Source: an uncultured bacterium
GTDB lineage: Bacteria; Krumholzibacteriota; Krumholzibacteriia; JACNKJ01
DNA: 64,000 nt
Direction: 5' to 3'
NCBI GenBank assembly: GCA_963695095.1
Contig: CAVOFT010000001.1
Span: 2,667,849 to 2,731,848 of the forward strand
Position numbers and translations under genes: made by a program. The notes below the pieces were generated by a model, which worked only from the letters and a program-made list of their open reading frames with translations, had not been told where the DNA came from and ran no database searches. Of the stretch, positions 46,233 to 64,000 are shown in pieces; position 1 is the stretch's first letter; every line of letters begins with the position of its first letter.

Positions 46233-47555
46233 CTAGGAGGGGTCCGCGGGGGCGGGCGCGGCCGCCGGCATCTCGCTCCGGCGCGGCCGCAGGAAGGGAA
46301 TGAGCAGAATCGGCAGGAAGGCGATCCAGGCGTCCAGGCGCAGGGTCGCCATGTAGCCGTGCAGCTCGGCGTACTGCCCCTGCCAGGCGCTCGAGTAGGT
46401 GTACATGAGATTGCGCAGGGCCATGTAGCCCGAGAACTGCGTGGCGGCGACGAGCGGACTCGTCAGCCCCATGAAGACGGCGATGTTCGTGCCCGAGATC
46501 AGCCCCGAGAAGAAGCTGTAGATGAGCGACACGCCCCAGTAGCTCGCCACCGTCACGCCCTCCGTCCCGGCCGCGCCCGAGAACTGGCCCGAGAGCCAGA
46601 AGGTAGGCAAGGTGGTGAGCGCGTACCAGAGGGCCAGCATCTTGCGATGGCCGAGGCGATCGCTGATCCAGCCGCCCAGCACGCAGCCGATGGCGGCCAG
46701 CACCGTGCCCTGCACGTTCAGGTTCGCGATCTGGTCCTCGCTGAGCCCCAGGTCCACCTGCATCGTGTTGCCGAGCGCGAGGCCGAGCGCGAGGGCGCCG
46801 TTGGGCACGGCGGCGAAGAACACGCCCAGCAGGGGCCCGCGGCCGGAGCGAAAGAAGCCGCGCCCCAGCTCGATCAGGTAGGCCTTGAGCCGGCCGAGGA
46901 TGGCCCCGAGCACGGCCAGCCGGCCGGCGATGGCCACCTCCGCCGCCGCGAGGGCCCGCTGCGGCTCGACGATGCGCATCGAGACCGCCACCAGGATGAT
47001 CGCCAGCAGCCCGCAGACGAAGGGGTAGCTGGCGCCGAAGCCGAAGCGGCCGGCGATGTAGAGCGCCCCGCTGCCGCCCAGAGCCTGGCCCAGGTAGCTC
47101 GCCCCGAACATGAAGCCGTTGGCCACCCCCCGCTCGCTCGCGGGCAGCACGTTCACGGCCAGGGCATCGATGGCGATGTCCTGCGTGGCCGAGAACACGT
47201 TGTGGATGATGATGAGCAGGGTGAGCAGCTTCAGGTTCGCGCCCGGGTCCACGGCCCACACCAGCGCGAGGGTGAGGATCATCATCAGCTGGGCGCCGAC
47301 GATCCAGGCGCGGTAGTGGCCGAAGCGGCGCAGGTCGACGAGATCCACGATGGGCGCCCAGAGGGGCTTGAAGCCCCAGGGCGCGTAGAGCGAGGCGATG
47401 AACAGGCCCACCTCGCCGATCGATAGCCCCGACTGGCGCAGATAGGTGGCCATGGCCGTGGCCGTGAAGCCGAAGGGAATGCCCTCGCTGAGGTACAGCA
47501 GGCTGAAGGCGGTCAGGCGGCCGCGGCGGGAGGCGAGGATGTTGGCTGGGAGCAT
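46233..47555 (-). CDS. ampG: AmpG-family MFS muropeptide permease.
   Basis: LLYLSEGIPFGFTATAMATYLRQSGLS…LYAPWGFKPLWAPIVD matches the AmpG signature (LYF.QGLP.G…LW.P..D). Twelve to fourteen TM segments. Confidence 0.7.
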   Translation of the reverse strand: MLPANILASRRGRLTAFSLLYLSEGIPFGFTATAMATYLRQSGLSIGEVGLFIASLYAPWGFKPLWAPIVDLVDLRRFGHYRAWIVGAQLMMILTLALVWAVDPGANLKLLTLLIIIHNVFSATQDIAIDALAVNVLPASERGVANGFMFGASYLGQALGGSGALYIAGRFGFGASYPFVCGLLAIILVAVSMRIVEPQRALAAAEVAIAGRLAVLGAILGRLKAYLIELGRGFFRSGRGPLLGVFFAAVPNGALALGLALGNTMQVDLGLSEDQIANLNVQGTVLAAIGCVLGGWISDRLGHRKMLALWYALTTLPTFWLSGQFSGAAGTEGVTVASYWGVSLIYSFFSGLISGTNIAVFMGLTSPLVAATQFSGYMALRNLMYTYSSAWQGQYAELHGYMATLRLDAWIAFLPILLIPFLRPRRSEMPAAAPAPADPS

Positions 47556-48727
47556 CAGGCGGGCTTGGCCTGCCCGCGTGCCGGCGCCGCCGCCTCATCC
47601 CATTCGGCCGGCAGCTTCTGGCCCGGCGCCTCGCCCAGCTTGGCCTTGCGCGCGGCGAGCCCCGGCCGCGCGAAGCCCGGGTGGCCCTCCTTCAGCGTGC
47701 GGCCGTTGATGGGCGCCTCGGCCCGCGTGCGGAAGCCCACGGTCTTGTCGAGCTGGCGGCCGAGCTTGAGGATGCGGTCCACGTCGTAGCCGTGGGCGAT
47801 GCCCATCTCGTCCACCATGACGAGCAGGTCCTCCAGGCAGACGAGGCCGACATAGCGCGGGTCCCGGTAGTAGTACTCCCCGGTGCCGGGCACGGGCGAG
47901 TCGTCGAGGAAGTTGGCCGGCTGGCCGCCCAGGCCGCCCAGCGTGGCCTCGAACTGGGTGATGCCCGCCTGCAGGGCCGCGAGCACGGAGGCCGCGGCCA
48001 CACGCTTCGTCTCGTGGAAGTGGGCGATGTGCAGGGCCGTGTCGGGCAGCGCGTCCAGGGTCATCGCGAAGTAGCGGTAGACCTCGGGCGCCGAGGCGCT
48101 GCCATCGTGGTCGGCGTGCTCGATATCGTCGGCGCCGATGGCCAGCCAGCGGCGGGTGAAGTCCAGCGCGTCCTCCAGCTTGGTGGCGCCGCCGATGGGG
48201 CTGCCCCAGATCGTGCTCACCGTGCCGCACATCGTCATGCCGGCGTCGTGGCACTTGCGGATGGAGCGCTCGCACTCGCGCCAGTACTCCGGCAGCGTGC
48301 AGCCCGAGTTGGCGAAGTGGTGCTCCTCTTCGGTGGAGACCATCATCAGCAGGCGATCGGGCCCGACGCCCTGCTGCGCCAGCTCGACGGCGCGATCCAC
48401 GCCGGATTCACGGATGGTCACCGCCGTGGTGACCACCTGGTCCAGGTCGATGCCGCGCTTGGCGCAGCGCTTGCGGAAGGCCGCGCTCTTGAGGTGGGCG
48501 AGCAGGATCTCGGCGTCCTCGAACTGCGGCATCAGGTGCGGGTTGCCCAGGTTCGTCACCTCGATCGAGCGGCAGCCGGCGAAGATAAGCTCTTCGAGGT
48601 AGTAGAGCTTGGCCCGCGTGGAGATGAAAGTCTCCAGGTGCTGGAAGCCGTCGCGCACGGTGATGTCGCCGATGCGCACCCGGCGGGGCATGCGGGGGAA
48701 GATGCGCCAGTAGTCGTGCTCGCTCAT
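47555..48727 (-). CDS. HMGL-like (pyruvate-carboxyltransferase/DRE-TIM) family lyase with a C-terminal Ala/Pro-rich tail.
   Basis: IGDITVRDGFQ (compare HMG-CoA lyase VGPRDGLQ), …HFHETKRVAAASVLAALQAGITQFEATLGGLGG… (metal-binding HxH region). Confidence 0.6.
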   Translation of the reverse strand: MSEHDYWRIFPRMPRRVRIGDITVRDGFQHLETFISTRAKLYYLEELIFAGCRSIEVTNLGNPHLMPQFEDAEILLAHLKSAAFRKRCAKRGIDLDQVVTTAVTIRESGVDRAVELAQQGVGPDRLLMMVSTEEEHHFANSGCTLPEYWRECERSIRKCHDAGMTMCGTVSTIWGSPIGGATKLEDALDFTRRWLAIGADDIEHADHDGSASAPEVYRYFAMTLDALPDTALHIAHFHETKRVAAASVLAALQAGITQFEATLGGLGGQPANFLDDSPVPGTGEYYYRDPRYVGLVCLEDLLVMVDEMGIAHGYDVDRILKLGRQLDKTVGFRTRAEAPINGRTLKEGHPGFARPGLAARKAKLGEAPGQKLPAEWDEAAAPARGQAKPA

Positions 48728-48827
48728 GCCGTCCCGGTCTCCCTCACCCCACCGGTCCTGGCGGGGAGGCGGATTCTAGGACAGCACACGGGCAAAGGTC
48801 AAATCGGACGGGGATGGCCGGCGCCGG

Positions 48828-49211
48828 CTAGGCTCGGCTCCAGGCCAGGGCGCTTTCCAGATCCGGGAAGACCCGGATCTCCCAGGTCGAGCCCAGGGTC
48901 CGGGTCCGATTGGCGTAGTGCTCGCAGAGCCGCACATCGTGCGGGCTCGTCGTGACGAGCGCCACCCGCACCTTCACGTTCATCCGACCCGCGACGAGGT
49001 CGATGGCGCTCGGCTGCTCGATCTCCCGCGCGGTGATCGAGGCCAGGCTGGCCTTCAGCATGTCCCAGACCTGGTAGCGCATCGTGTCGAAGCGCGCGTC
49101 GCCATGGAGCCGGCCGTTGGCCTCGTTGATCTCCTCGATCTCGATGCTGCCCGTCATCGTGACGAGCGCCCCGTCGTCGCTCCACTCGATTTGGTAGGCC
49201 ACGGCCTTCAC
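48828..49211 (-). CDS. Hypothetical protein (127 aa) in a lower-GC patch.
   Basis: The ORF is intact with a plausible start. No confident family could be assigned from the sequence. Confidence 0.3.
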   Translation of the reverse strand: MKAVAYQIEWSDDGALVTMTGSIEIEEINEANGRLHGDARFDTMRYQVWDMLKASLASITAREIEQPSAIDLVAGRMNVKVRVALVTTSPHDVRLCEHYANRTRTLGSTWEIRVFPDLESALAWSRA

Positions 49212-49371
49212 CCTCCCTTGGGCATCTCCCCTCGGCAGCAGCGGCCTGCGCCGGGTCGGGATTCCGAACCGCTTCGGAAGCGGCCGCTCCGATATCGTAA
49301 TTCAAAGACTATGGCGCAATCGCTAGGTCGCCGTCAATAGGGTCGCTGCACTTCCGCGCTGGGAGAAGCCG

Positions 49372-49405
49372 CCCCCGGGGGCGCCACCCGGCGGCGCCCC
49401 CGGTG
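49372..49405 (-). terminator. GC-rich hairpin (GGGGGCGCC-N5-GGCGCCCCC) 3' of the small membrane-protein gene; it has no U-tract.
   Basis: cccccgggggcgccacccggcggcgcccccgg sits immediately downstream (minus strand) of the ORF ending at 49428. Confidence 0.25.
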
Positions 49406-49427
49406 CATCGAAGCGCGGCTCAGCCGC

Positions 49428-49640
49428 CTAGCGCCCGCCGCTGGACTTGAGCTCGCGCAGTTGCAGGGCAATGACGAAGAGCAGGCTCACGACGGCCAGC
49501 TCGAGCAAGCGCGAAGGCGAGTAGATGCGCAGCAGGGTCATGCCCGCGAAATTCGCCAGCTTCTCCCAGATCGCCACCCCCGCCAAGAGAAAGGCGAGCA
49601 CGAAGAGCGCCCGGCTGATGAGACTCACCAATGCGGTCAT
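49428..49640 (-). CDS. Small two-TM membrane protein (about 70 aa).
   Basis: MTALVSLISRALFVLAFLLAGVAIWEKLANFAGMTLLRIYSPSRLLELAVVSLLFVIALQL…; the start overlaps the stop of the upstream lipoprotein gene. Confidence 0.3.
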   Translation of the reverse strand: MTALVSLISRALFVLAFLLAGVAIWEKLANFAGMTLLRIYSPSRLLELAVVSLLFVIALQLRELKSSGGR

Positions 49641-49942
49641 CGCGTCACCTCCGCGCTGCGGGGAATGAGGCGGCCATCGCTCTGGAAGACGTTCGCTCGC
49701 ACGTCGTAGAAGGCCACGCGCACGGCGCCGGCCTCGTCCTCGAACCAGAGCTGGAAGACATGCCCGGAGTCGGCGCTGTTGCTGACGGCCACCAGGTGGC
49801 CCCAATCGGCCGGAATCGCATCCTTGGCGACCATCTGCACATAGGCGACGTCGCCGCGCAGCGGCGCCGGTTTCTCGGGCAGCTTGGCGCAGCTCGTGGC
49901 GATCAGCAGCGCCAGCATCGACGAAAGGACTAGCACGCGCAT
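49637..49942 (-). CDS. Small lipoprotein (about 100 aa).
   Basis: MRVLVLSSMLALLIATSCAK (lipobox). The rest is beta-rich. Confidence 0.4.
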   Translation of the reverse strand: MRVLVLSSMLALLIATSCAKLPEKPAPLRGDVAYVQMVAKDAIPADWGHLVAVSNSADSGHVFQLWFEDEAGAVRVAFYDVRANVFQSDGRLIPRSAEVTR

Positions 49943-50061
49943 GGTCCATTCCCTCCTCGGCTGGGGTCAGGCCGCCAGCCTATCACTTCTCGACGCGCAC
50001 TGCATCCCTGCTTGCGCCGCGAATCCTAACATTTCCGACATTTTTGGGACGAACGGCTCCG

Positions 50062-50808
50062 CTAACCGCGCAGGTGGGCATCGGCCGGATCCTCGCCGCA
50101 GCGCTGGGCCAGCCACCAGATGCGCGCGGTCTTCTCGAGCACCTCGAGGCGGTCCAGAGCCTGGGCGAGGCGCTCGCCGACGGCCAGGGCGCCATGCCGC
50201 TCCCAGACGAGAGCGCTCGCGCCGGCGGCGATGGCCGCCGCGCTCGCCAGCCCGAGCGCCGCGCTGCCCGGCACCCCGAGGCGAAGCCGCGCCAGGCCGC
50301 CCGGCAGCAGCGCCGCCGTCTCGGGCATCAGGCCGAGCAGGGCCGCCTCGAGCGCGCCCTCGCCGGCCAGGCGGGGCAGCAGGCTCAGCGCGATGAGGAA
50401 GTCCGTGTGCGCGTGGAGCAGGGCCCCCGGTGCCCCGCGCGCGGCATGCACGGCCAGGTGGCAGGCCAGCTCGCTGGTGGGAGGCGGCGTGCCGCGCAGG
50501 CGGAAGAGGCCGCGGGGGCCATCGCCGATGATCGCCAGGTGCGCGGCCGGGTCGGCGGCGAGAGCGCGCAGGGGGCTGCCCGCCGCGCTCGCGACGAGCA
50601 GGTGACCGGCCGGCAGGCGGCAGGGATAGCCCGCCGGCAGGCCGGGCTCGAAGATGTCGCCGTCATGGAGGCTGCGCGTGAGCTGGGCCGGCGCGAGCAG
50701 CAGGGACAGGTTGCCCGCGCCGGCCTCGGCCCAGCCCAGCTCGGCGACGCGGCCCGCGCAGCTGGCGATTTGCGCCAGCAGCTCCTCGCCGATGGGCAGG
50801 CGCGTCAT
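50062..50808 (-). CDS. Class II aldolase/adducin-family protein (MtnB/FucA-like).
   Basis: GAGNLSLL (Gly-rich phosphate loop) and metal-binding His pattern LLHAHTDFLIALS. Confidence 0.6.
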   Translation of the reverse strand: MTRLPIGEELLAQIASCAGRVAELGWAEAGAGNLSLLLAPAQLTRSLHDGDIFEPGLPAGYPCRLPAGHLLVASAAGSPLRALAADPAAHLAIIGDGPRGLFRLRGTPPPTSELACHLAVHAARGAPGALLHAHTDFLIALSLLPRLAGEGALEAALLGLMPETAALLPGGLARLRLGVPGSAALGLASAAAIAAGASALVWERHGALAVGERLAQALDRLEVLEKTARIWWLAQRCGEDPADAHLRG

Positions 50809-50960
50809 GCCCCGCGCCCCCCGCGCTCGGCGCGGCCGCCGCTATGAAGAGCCAAAGGTCTGATAGAACGCAAGTTCCATGACTCCTCGGGTAGACCGGG
50901 GCTTACGCCCACGGTCGAGCGCGGGTATATTAGCAGGAGGACCCCAGCGAGGAAACGACG

Positions 50961-53679
<2,719 letters not shown>

Positions 53680-53805
53680 GTCGGCGACTTGAAGTGCCGG
53701 GACTCCGCATCCCGCGCTGCGAAATTCAGCCTTAGCTCTGGCCAGCGCCGCCGCCAGCGCCTTTAATAGAGCTCCAACACTCCCGGAGAGCGAAGCGCCA
53801 CCCCG

Positions 53806-56618
<2,813 letters not shown>

Positions 56619-56651
56619 ATCGGCGCCCGCCGGGCGCCAGAGGCGAGTAGC

Positions 56652-57903
56652 GTGCAACTGACCGTGCCTGCCTTCGGCGAATCGATCAGCGAAGTCCTGA
56701 TCAGCGAGTGGCTGGTGGCCGAAGGCGCCAGCGTGGCCCGCGAGGCCAACCTCGTCGTCATCGAAACGGACAAGATCACCAGCGAGGTGCCCGCGCCGAT
56801 GGATTGCCGGGTGACGCGCATCCTCAAGCAGGCCGGCGAGACGGCGACGGTGGGCGAGGTGATCGCCGAGCTGGAGGAGCTGGCGGCGGGCAGCGTCGCC
56901 GCGGCGGCGCCGGTCGCACCGGCCGTGGCGGCGCGCCCGGCTGCGCCGGCCACTCCCGCCAGCCCGCCCCCGGGCGCGGATCCCCCTGCCGCGCCGGTGA
57001 TGCCCGCCGCCGAGCGGCTGATGGCCGAACAGGGCCTGGCCGCCGGTAGCGTCGCCGGTAGCGGGCCGGGCGGCCGCGTGCTCAAGGAGGACGTGCTGCG
57101 CCACCTCGAGGCCGCTGCCGCGGCCCCGCCGGCTCCCGCGGTGCGGGCCGGAGTGGCTCCCCCGAGGCGACGCTCGCAACGCCAGTTGCGAGCGCACGAA
57201 CTGAAGAGCGCGTGCCGATGAGCCCCCTGCGCAAGAAGCTCGCGCAGCATCTGCTCGCCGCGCAGCAGAACGCCGCCCTGCTCACCACCTTCAACGAGGT
57301 GGACATGAGCGCGGTCAGGCAGCCTGCGCCGCCGCGTGCAGGAGGAGTTCCAGGCCAGGCACGGCGTCAAGCTGGGCATGATGTCCTTCTTCGTGAAGGC
57401 GGCAGTCGAAGCGCTCAAGGAGTTCCCCGCCGTCAATGCGCGCATCGATGACAAGGGCGACGCCATCGTCTACCGCAACTACTTCGACATCGGCGTGGCC
57501 GTGGGCGGCGGCAAGGGCCTGGTGGTGCCGGTGCTGCGCGGCGCCGAGCGCTTGGGCTTCGCGGACATCGAGAAGGCCATCGCCGATTTCGCCCGCCGCG
57601 CTCAGGAGAACAAGCTGACACTGGAAGAGCTGCACGGGCGGCACCTTCACCATCTCCAACGGCGGCATCTACGGCAACCTGCTGTCGACGCCCATCGTCA
57701 ACGCGCCGCAGAGCGGCATCCTCGGCCTGCACGCCATCCAGGAGCGGCCCGTGGCGCGCGAGGGCCAGGTGGTGATCCGGCCGATGATGTACGTGGCCGC
57801 TCACCTACGACCACCGCCTCATCGACGGCCGCGAGGCCGTGGGCTTCCTCAAGCACGTGAAGAGCGCCGTCGAGGAACCGAGCCGCATCCTGCTCGAGCT
57901 GTA
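56652..57903 (+). CDS. sucB: Dihydrolipoyllysine-residue succinyltransferase (E2); apparent frameshifts near 57180, 57320 and 57640-57800.
   Basis: Lipoyl domain (…[15 protein letters not shown]…), PSBD ([31 protein letters not shown]), and catalytic domain (…[14 protein letters not shown]…, …[14 protein letters not shown]…, …[14 protein letters not shown]…). Confidence 0.8.
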
Positions 57904-57904
57904 G

Positions 57905-61059
<3,155 letters not shown>

Positions 61060-61070
<11 letters not shown>

Positions 61071-62875
61071 CGCCCGCCTCGCGCGCGAGTTCGCCCAGCA
61101 GGCGGATGGATTCCACGCCCGCCAGCGGCAGCTCCAGGCGCAGGGCCTTGGGGAAGACGCCAAAGGCCGCGGCCTTGGCCAGAAACTCCGCGCGCGTGCC
61201 CGGGTCCTCGCCCTCGCGGTGCCAGCCTGCGTCGAGCAGCAGGATGCTCTCCGCGCGGATGTCGTCGCAGCGGCCGACGTAGGCAGCCTCGGCGGCGATG
61301 ACCACCACGGTCATGCCGTGCAGGGCGTCGCGGTCGTGATGGAAGGTGCGCTCCATGGGCTCGCTCCCGGCCGGGGTATGGCCTTCAGGATCGGCCACGA
61401 GCGCCGGGCGCGCAAGCGCCAAGGGGGCCCCACCGGTCGGGGAGCCCCTCGCCTCTCCCGTGCTGCCGTCCGCCTTGAGGCCAAGACTGTGCAGAACCCC
61501 TGCCGCCACGGCCACGAAGTCGCTGTTGGGCTCGGGCACGTTGCATTGGCCTTCGTCGTTCAGACCCCAGGCGACGATCGACCCGTCGGCTTTGAGGCCG
61601 AGGCAGTGGTCGTTTGCGGAGATGGCCACGAAGCCGGAGTTCGGCGCAGGTACCTCACACTTGCCGTTCTCGTTGTTTCCCCAGGCGACGATTGAACCAT
61701 CCGCTTTCAGCCCAAAGTTGCATTTATTTCCGGCCGCCACCTTGACGAAGTCGCTGTTTGGCGGAGGCACGTTGTAGACATCATCGTAGTTATTCCCCCA
61801 ACACGCGATCGAGCCATCCGCCCTCAGCCCCAAGAAATGAGTAGTCGCTATCGCCCAGCTCACCGTGTCATTGCCTGTCGCAATGGCCACAAAGTCATTG
61901 TTCGGCGCCGGCACACCACACTGACCATAGGTGTTGTCGCCCCAGGCCACCAGGGAGCCGTCGTCTTTCAGCGCGAAGCTGTAACGTATTCCGGCAACCA
62001 TAGCAGCATAGCCGGTATTCGGCTGGGGGATCTCACACTGACCGGACTCGTTCCAACCCCAGGCGACCAACGAGCCATCGGCCCTGAGGCCGAGGCTATG
62101 AAAGGCGCCGGCGGCAACAGCTACGAAACCGGTGTTTGGTTCCGGCACATCGCATTGGCCATCCCCATTATCGCCCCATGCGACAATGACGCCATTCGCC
62201 TTCAGGCCCAAGCTGTGCACACTGCCCGCCGCTATCGCAGTGAAGTCGGCGTTCTGGCCGGGTATGTTGCACTGACCTTCGGCGTTCAGACCCCAGGCGA
62301 CGATGGAACCATCGGCCTTGAGTGCCAGGATATGATGGCCTCCCGCCGCCATCGTTAGGAAGTTGCTGTTGGGTTCCGGCACGTCGCAGACGCCGTATGC
62401 GTTGTATCCCCAGGCAACGATGGAACCGGTAGCTTTTAGTCCCAGATTGACAACATACCCTGCGGACACGGCGACGAAGTCGGCATTGGGCTCCGGTACG
62501 TCGTTCATGCCATAGCTGCCATCTCCCCAGGCTAGGATTGATCCATCATCTTTCAGGCCCAGGAAGTGAGTCCAGTGACCCACCGACACAGCCTGGAAGC
62601 CCTCGTTGGGAATAGGTAGCTGCGCTTGCCTATACAGGTTGCGTCCCCAGACGATCACGGAGCCGTCAGCCTTGAGCCCGATATTGCTGTCACCCACTGG
62701 AGAAGCCGAGATGGCTGCGAGGTTCTCGAGTTCCCACTGGGGCAGCACGATCGCCTCACCCCAACTGCGGATTCCATACCCTTCCTGGGCCCAGGCCACA
62801 CCGCCCGTGACCAGCCATGCCAGCACGACGAACGCCAAGAACCCTCTGTGTCGGATCCTCATCGCCATTCCCTCG
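61060..62875 (-). CDS. Secreted RCC1-repeat (beta-propeller) protein with about 12 tandem repeats of 37-40 aa, fused in-frame to a high-GC C-terminal segment of about 110 aa of unknown function.
   Basis: Signal MAMRIRHRGFLAFVVLAWLVTGGVAWAQE. Repeats follow the pattern GLKADGSIVAWG.N..GQC.VPEPN..FVAVAAG..HSLGL. The repeat region (about 61400-62800) is about 57% GC against about 70% for its flanks. Confidence 0.6.
61420..62640 (-). repeat. Degenerate tandem coding repeats (about 114-nt period) encoding the RCC1 blades.
   Basis: DNA segments such as gcctcagggccgatggctcgttggtcgcctgggg and variants recur at about 114-nt spacing on the plus strand. Confidence 0.5.
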
Positions 62876-62983
62876 CTTTGGTCTTCGGGTTGATCGGACG
62901 CTCTGCCCCAGCTGCGGGGCGACCCGGCGAGGAATGGGACACAGAGGCGCCGCAAGTATCACGGCGTCGGAGGCAGGATCAGT

Positions 62984-63016
62984 GAAAAAAGGCCCCGCCG
63001 CCTGGCGGGGCCCCGG
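62984..63016 (-). terminator. Rho-independent terminator on the minus strand downstream of the peroxiredoxin gene: GGCCCCGCCAGGCGGCGGGGCC followed by TTTTTT.
   Basis: Plus strand aaaaaaGGCCCCGCCgcctGGCGGGGCCccgg, so the minus strand has the stem-loop followed by TTTTTTCACTG. It is 25 nt past the prx stop. Confidence 0.55.
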
Positions 63017-63039
63017 AGCAGTCGTCGTTGAAGTGGAAA

Positions 63040-63640
63040 TCAGGGCTTCCAGACCTGCCAGACCTTGCCGACCAGGTCCGGGCCCACCTTGAGCGTGGGC
63101 TTGCCGGGCGTCCAGCCGGCGGGCGTGGCCTCGGCGCCGCCGCTGGCGCGCACGAGCTGGAAGGCCTGCACCTGGCGCTCCAGCTCGGCGAAGTTGCGGC
63201 CGACCGGCGGGGTCATCACTTCCATGGCCTGGATCACGCCGTCGGGGTCGATGAGGAAGCGCCCGCGGATGTCCACGCCGCCGTCCTCGTCGAAGACGCC
63301 GTAGATCTGGCCGATGCGGCCGCCGGCGTCGGTGAGCATGGGGAAGGGCACGCCGCCCTCCACCATCTTCATGAGCTCCTCGCTCTGCCAGATCTTGTGC
63401 ACGAAGCGGCTGTCCGTGCTCATCGAGAGCACCTGGACGCCGAGCTTGACGAGGCTCTTGTGCTGGGCCGCGACCGCGGCCAGCTCCGTGGGTCAGACGA
63501 AGGTGAAGTCGCCGGGGTAGAAGCAGAGCACCACCCACTGGCCCTTGTAGTCGCTGAGGCTGATGTTCTTGAAGCCGCCGTCCACGAAGGCCGTCGCCTC
63601 GAAGTCCGGGGCTTCCTTGCCGACGCGTGCTAGCACTCTT
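63040..63640 (-). CDS. 2-Cys peroxiredoxin (AhpC/TSA family); one apparent frameshift near 63490, at the CPTE active-site region.
   Basis: …[39 protein letters not shown] (FYPLDFTFVCPTE-type) in ORF 63493..63936, continuing as …[23 protein letters not shown]…[12 protein letters not shown]… in ORF 63040..63432. Confidence 0.75.
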
Positions 63641-63847
63641 CGTACCTCCCGTTGCCGCGGGCGCCGCGCTCTCGTCGGCGCTCTCCACCACCTTGGGGCC
63701 GCGGGCACTCGCGACGCAGCCCTGGTGCTTCTCGGCCATGGCACCTCCTTGCGCCCCGCGCGCCGGCAGCCGCCGCGCGCCTCGGACGCCATGGTTGCAT
63801 TGTACTGAAACATCGCGGAATTGCAAGGAGGGCCGGGCAGGGGGGGC

Positions 63848-63885
63848 AAAGAAAGGGGCCCCGCCGAACGGCGGGGCCCGGAATC
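63848..63885 (-). terminator. Second GC stem-loop with a U-rich tail on the minus strand (GGGCCCCGCC-GTTC-GGCGGGGCCCC then TTTCTTTG). It probably terminates a minus-strand gene lying beyond the window and insulates prx.
   Basis: Plus strand caaagaaaGGGGCCCCGCCgaacGGCGGGGCCCgg. The stem sequence is nearly identical to the terminator at about 63000. Confidence 0.4.
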
Positions 63886-64000
63886 GGTCGGCATCGGTGA
63901 CGTTGGGTTTCCCCGCCGGGCGGGGGATGATCCCAAGTCAGCGGATGACGTCGGGATGGCCCGTGGTTACGGGGACGCCACCTCCGCCAAGCCGCGTATA

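Noticed and set aside
53690-53800. Direct repeat CCAGCGCC…CCAGCGCC and a small palindrome between the radical-SAM gene and sucA as a regulatory element
   Set aside because: It is short and low-complexity in a GC-rich spacer, so its information content is too low to call.

Overview
This is a 64 kb, ~70% GC bacterial chromosomal segment with about 60 protein-coding genes on both strands, no rRNA, tRNA or CRISPR, and a few lower-GC islands. T9SS-type C-terminal sorting domains, Rnf, NfnAB and GlcDEF loosely suggest a high-GC FCB-related or candidate-phylum lineage such as Gemmatimonadota or Eisenbacteria; this is an inference with low confidence.

The window is dominated by energy-metabolism genes:
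- a complete rnfABCDGE operon on the minus strand, with an ApbE flavin transferase converging on it;
- a complex-I-like trio directly upstream and co-directional: a NuoB-NuoD fusion with no NuoC, then nuoG, then nuoI, with no nuoA, C, E, F, H or J-N nearby (the most unusual feature);
- NfnAB-like ferredoxin:NADP oxidoreductase, GlcDEF glycolate oxidase, and sucA-sucB-lpdA (2-oxoglutarate dehydrogenase) with lipA.

Other content includes a very large sigma-54 activator fused to pseudokinase-like, TPR and GAF-like regions that runs off the 5' window edge, an ECF sigma/anti-sigma pair, CarD, Crp/Fnr, ArsR, a class-II Fic protein, a tandem-duplicated ThyX, an ABC/GldG/DUF4340 transporter operon, cell-wall recycling genes (nagZ, ampG), ArfB and a peroxiredoxin. 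There is also a cobalamin riboswitch in front of a TonB-dependent receptor, a T9SS-sorted secreted protein, and a low-GC RCC1-repeat protein.

Many conserved genes (apbE, rnfC/D/G/E, the TonB receptor, a radical-SAM fusion, sucA/sucB/lpdA, a MATE gene, prx) need several frame changes to read through, while neighbouring long ORFs are intact. That pattern points to localized assembly indel errors rather than decay, so some track ORF fragments are not independent genes.

I appear to misread exact base positions in the printed sequence by up to about 10 nt in places. CDS coordinates follow the ORF track; coordinates for non-ORF features are approximate to that degree.
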